From: Deltaproteobacteria bacterium
GTDB lineage: Bacteria > Desulfobacterota > Desulfobacteria > Desulfobacterales > ETH-SRB1
Direction: 5' to 3'
NCBI GenBank assembly: GCA_030262795.1
Contig: JAJSZO010000002.1
Span: forward strand, 1-28,746
DNA length: 28,746 bases
Positions within the stretch are counted from its first letter, which is position 1, and the number at the start of each line of letters is the position of its first letter. The position numbers and the translations under genes are program-made. The notes beneath the pieces are model-generated. The model did not search any database and was not told where the DNA came from. It worked only from the letters and a program-made list of their open reading frames with translations. Shown here piece after piece: positions 25,601 through 28,746 of this stretch.

Positions 25601-25727
25601 TGTCCAAATTAGTACCAATTAGTCCGACAGTAGTGATAATGGCTAGTGCAATCAGTCCTACAATAAGACCATACTCAACTGCTGTTGCTCCTTCTTCATC
25701 CTTCAGAAAACTAATCAATCTTTTCAT
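25515..25727 (-). CDS. flp: Flp major pilin, C-terminus replaced by out-of-frame tadA sequence
   Basis: MKRLISFLKDEEGATAVEYGLIVGLIALAIITTVGLIGTNLDRVF (G|ATAVEY cleavage motif), then non-pilin GGNHGDGG...; AAGGAG RBS. Confidence 0.85.
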   Translation of the reverse strand: MKRLISFLKDEEGATAVEYGLIVGLIALAIITTVGLIGTNLDRVFGGNHGDGGKYDHHTRDFFIPAKKYR

Positions 25728-25811
25728 TTCTTTTTCTCCTTTTTCTTTGTTGGTTTGTTGTTTTTGTCGTTCTATTATCGAACGTTCTTGCCTTAAGTTA
25801 TTATAGCTTAT

Positions 25812-25827
25812 CGCACCATGCGTGCTA
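25812..25827 (-). promoter_or_regulatory. Non-consensus sigma54 (-24/-12) promoter-like sequence upstream of flp
   Basis: TAGCAC-GCATG-GTGC versus consensus TGGCAC-N5-TTGC; the first G of the GG dinucleotide is A. Confidence 0.4.
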
Positions 25828-25936
25828 AAAAGCGCTATTTTCGAAAAATTAATAAAAAATCATGTAATTTCAATGTATTGGAACGAGAAGAATTTTTTCA
25901 GTAAAGCGAGATAGGATTAGACTTGACAGGATGCCG

Positions 25937-25952
25937 GTATGCCAATATGGCA
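25937..25952. promoter_or_regulatory. Putative enhancer (UAS) palindrome TGCCA-N3-TGGCA
   Basis: GTATGCCAATATGGCA, 14/16 identical to 26572-26587 and ~110 bp upstream of the flp sigma54-like site. Confidence 0.5.
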
Positions 25953-25977
25953 CGGCTTGTAAATAAGGCTATTTTTT

Positions 25978-26388
25978 TCAAACAGTTACAAGCCCAATGC
26001 CATTTTGGCATAGTCCATTTTGGCTTTTTTCCATTACTATGTTAATTTCCTGCATCAATTGGTCAAGATTAGAGGATTTTTCGATAAACCCATTACAATG
26101 GTTGTGGAAAGCTTCAATTAACAGGCTCTTTTCAGCGTATGCCGTCATAAGAATAACCGGCAATGACCCATAGTTCATGCGTATTTCTTTTAGCAGTTCT
26201 ATCCCGTTCATTTCCGACATAAGATAATCCGTTAGAACAAGATCAATATCGGGCATATCGGGATTACTCAGGTTCTTCAGGGCCTCGTCAGCGCCAAAGG
26301 CCTCCATGACCTCACACCCCCTGATCTTCAGCCCTCTCTTCAGGGTTTGAAGCCATACAATATTATTATCTACAATCAGAATATTCAT
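25978..26388 (-). CDS. Single-domain response regulator (CheY-like receiver)
   Basis: MNILIVDNN, LVLTDYLM (phospho-Asp), ILMTAY, FIEK. Confidence 0.87.
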   Translation of the reverse strand: MNILIVDNNIVWLQTLKRGLKIRGCEVMEAFGADEALKNLSNPDMPDIDLVLTDYLMSEMNGIELLKEIRMNYGSLPVILMTAYAEKSLLIEAFHNHCNGFIEKSSNLDQLMQEINIVMEKSQNGLCQNGIGLVTV

Positions 26389-26458
26389 AAGGATTTCTCG
26401 TCAGCCGAAGTAAAGCCTTTGCAAAAAAAGGACAGGTTTATTGTTACCTCACTTTTTT

Positions 26459-26474
26459 AGCATTTATCGTGCCA
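26459..26474 (-). promoter_or_regulatory. Sigma54 promoter of the response regulator gene
   Basis: TGGCAC-GATAA-ATGCT, with GG and GC separated by exactly 10 nt. Confidence 0.7.
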
Positions 26475-26571
26475 AGCATGATTTTTGGGGGCAATAAAGA
26501 AAAAGATGTGCAAGTTCAGGAGATTAAATATGGAAGTATTCGTTGATGGGAGATTGGCATTAATCCGGTCA

Positions 26572-26587
26572 GTATGCCAAGTTGGCA
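26572..26587. promoter_or_regulatory. Putative enhancer (UAS) palindrome TGCCA-N3-TGGCA
   Basis: GTATGCCAAGTTGGCA, ~100 bp upstream of the 26459-26474 promoter. Confidence 0.5.
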
Positions 26588-26591
26588 TTGC

Positions 26592-27963
26592 TCATGCCAC
26601 CCCATAGGCGTTCAATTTCCTGCGGAGGGTGTTCAAGCCAATGGATAGAAGTTTTGCTGTTTGAGTCTTTATTCTGTCCGTCTGCTCATAGATCTTGAGA
26701 ACATGGGCTTTTTCCACTTCCTTAAGGGGAGCAATAGAGCTGCCCTCTTGCTGAGAATAGCTCCTTAGAACAGGTTTTCCTTTTAGCAGGTAGGTGGGAA
26801 GAAAATCGGCGGAGATCTGTTTGCCCTGGGCCAGATTTACGGCCAACTGGATAATAGACCTAAGTTCCCTGATGTTTCCAGGATAGTCATAATTTATAAG
26901 CAATATGCCGGCCTCTTTACTAATACCCTCTTTCCCGGAAACATAAGAAAATTCTTTCAGGAACTTGTCTGCCAACAAAGGAATGTCTTCTTTCCTTTCC
27001 CTGAGGGGCGGAAGGTGCAGCAATGCACCCTTGAGACGGTAGTAAAGATCTTTTCTAAACATTCCTTTGTCCTTAAATCTGTCCAGGTCTGCATTAGTGG
27101 CTGAGATAAAACGAACGTCTGTTTTTTGAGGCTTGCTGGTTCCTAACTTGAGGTATTCTCCTTCCTGCAGCACCCGAAGCAGTTTTCCCTGGAGGTCGAG
27201 CGGCAGATCGCCTATTTCATCCAGAAACAGTGTGCCTTTGTTGGTTTGTTCCAGGTGACCCATTCGAGCCTTTTCAGCTCCTGTAAAGGCGCCTTTTGTA
27301 CAGCCAAAAAACTCTGCATCAAACAAGCTGCCTGTGACGGATGCCATATTAATAGGTGTAAAGGAAAATTCTGTCCTGAAGCTGGCGCAATGGACAGCTT
27401 TGGCCAAAAGTTCTTTGCCGGTTCCACTTTCCCCTGTAATCAAGATCGGTATGTCGCTCATTGCATGAAGTTCCGCTTCCTTCAATATCTTGAGTACGTT
27501 CGGTGACCTTGTGATAATAGGCCTGAAAGCCTCCACATGTATCAATGCTGTGGAGGTCATCTTTTTCCTCGGGTGCAGGATATCAAGCACCCGTTTTCTT
27601 TCCAGAGCACACTTTACCGCCAAACCAAGATTATCTCTGGAGATCGGCTTGAGCAGGTAATCACTGGCGCCTTTTTTCAGGCACTTAACTGCGATTCTTG
27701 CGTCATTTATTCCTGTCAGCATGAGGCATTCGGTGTTCGGACTTGTACTTTTTATTGTGTCCAGCAGTTCTACGCCGCTCGTTCCCTGCATGTTTACATC
27801 AATCAGAGCTACGTCAAACGATTTTCCTGTTTTTAAAAAGAGCTGCCGCTTTGTTGGGGTCTTGTTCTGATCGGATATTTTTGAAACCACAGAAATTCAA
27901 TCCCCTCCTGATGCTATCCAGAAAAAGAGGTTCATTATCAATGAGGACTATGCTATTATTCAT
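26592..27963 (-). pseudogene. NtrC-family sigma54 enhancer-binding response regulator, frameshifted at 27830-27839
   Basis: True N-terminus from ATG 27963: MNNSIVLIDNEPLFLDSIRRGL...KAAALFK, stopping after 49 aa. Removing one A from TTTTTAAAAAC joins it to TGKSFDVALID..., GESGTGKE, GAFTGA, FLDEIG, FRKDLYYRL-like arginine finger and a Fis-type HTH. Confidence 0.8.
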
Positions 27964-27995
27964 AGGAACACCTTTTTATAGGTTTCAACTTAGGT

Positions 27996-28746
27996 TCAGA
28001 TAGCTGAGGCGACAATCTCCAGCGCGAGTTGGCGCGGCGCTTGGGTGTAATCTTTTCTCAAGCTGGAATTCTTTTTGCGTAAAATGACCCTGAAGGTGCT
28101 CCCTTTGCCAGGATCACTCTCTACCTCAATGCGAGCATCCAATGCTTCAGCCAGACTGTTACTGACAAACAGGCCCAGACCGGTTCCCTCTCCGGATGCT
28201 TTGGTGGTAAAGAAAGGGTCAAATATCTTTTCACGTGTCGCTATATCCATACCGCACCCATTATCACTCACCTCAATAATCAAATAATTCCGCCATATGC
28301 TCTTTCCCTGTTTTACACTGAGTTTTACCCAGGAATTTTCTTTATCAGCCGCCTGAGCAGCATTAATCAGAAAGTTGACCAGGATTTGCTCCAGAGCCCC
28401 CGGATCTGTATAAAGTGGGGAAAGATCGTAGGCGATATTGACATCAAAGGATTTTACTCTTTTACTTATTTGCCTCCGGCAGACAGCAATCCCTTTTTCG
28501 ACAACCTGGTTCAGGTCAACCCAACCCTGTTCTCTCTTATAACCATTTTTGACGAATTCACTCATGTCAGACATTATGTCGTTGATCCGGCCGGAAGCAG
28601 TTTCAAGATTATCCACAAGGTTAAAAATGTCTTTACGGAATTCAGGGTAAGTCATACCGAATAAGTCAAGATCTTGATGATTCCTGACATAATCGTCAAT
28701 GATAGGGGTCAGCTTTTCCAGGTATTCTCTCAAGATAGGTATATTA
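27996..28746 (-). CDS. Sensor histidine kinase, C-terminal part (5' end outside window)
   Basis: Frame is open to the window edge (NIPILREY...); N box EQILVNFLINAAQA, G1 VSDNGCGM, F box FDPFFTTK, G2 GTGLGL. Confidence 0.9.
   Translation of the reverse strand, partial: NIPILREYLEKLTPIIDDYVRNHQDLDLFGMTYPEFRKDIFNLVDNLETASGRINDIMSDMSEFVKNGYKREQGWVDLNQVVEKGIAVCRRQISKRVKSFDVNIAYDLSPLYTDPGALEQILVNFLINAAQAADKENSWVKLSVKQGKSIWRNYLIIEVSDNGCGMDIATREKIFDPFFTTKASGEGTGLGLFVSNSLAEALDARIEVESDPGKGSTFRVILRKKNSSLRKDYTQAPRQLALEIVASAI

Noticed and set aside
25948-25962. Plus-strand TGGCACGGCTTGT as a sigma54 promoter
   Set aside because: Spacing is one base short, there is no -12 GC, and no plus-strand gene follows; the TGGCA is better explained as half of the enhancer palindrome.
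69-28664. Numerous 60-200 aa ORFs antisense to or overlapping well-supported genes (e.g. 69-662, 5506-5877, 6281-6763, 17832-18248, 20765-21145, 28386-28664)
   Set aside because: Shadow ORFs with no recognisable motifs, on the opposite strand or in alternative frames of genes with clear family signatures.

Overview
AT-rich bacterial chromosomal window. Gene content and the dockerin-like C-terminal tail suggest a Desulfobacterales-type deltaproteobacterium (inference). It has four parts. (1) 1-2600: two MinD-like ATPase/ferredoxin paralogues and a YkgJ-type Cys-cluster gene, with REP hairpins. (2) ~2750-8100: a decaying integron cassette array with no integrase in the window (CALIN), on the minus strand. 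It has three recognisable attC sites plus a fourth degenerate one. Cargo is a secreted NlpC/P60-like peptidase with a dockerin-like tail, a DUF6883/DUF4926 pair with an amber mutation, and a 57-aa ORF plus an ATPase/PD-(D/E)xK nuclease. MITEs interrupt the array and an IS110-family remnant heads it. (3) 8300-16050: DUF362 Fe-S protein, PfkB/adenosine-kinase-like gene, an unannotated 52-aa acidic WDD-repeat peptide, a nest of four MITEs, recD2, and a Ser/Thr-kinase-like gene with a universal stress protein. (4) 16078-end: a Tad/Flp pilus locus with accessory lipoprotein, OmpA and beta-barrel genes under a sigma54 two-component system. This locus shows three lesions: a deletion fusing flp to the tadA 3' end, a frameshifted enhancer-binding protein, and a non-consensus -24 element upstream of flp. 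No rRNA, tRNA or CRISPR array was found.
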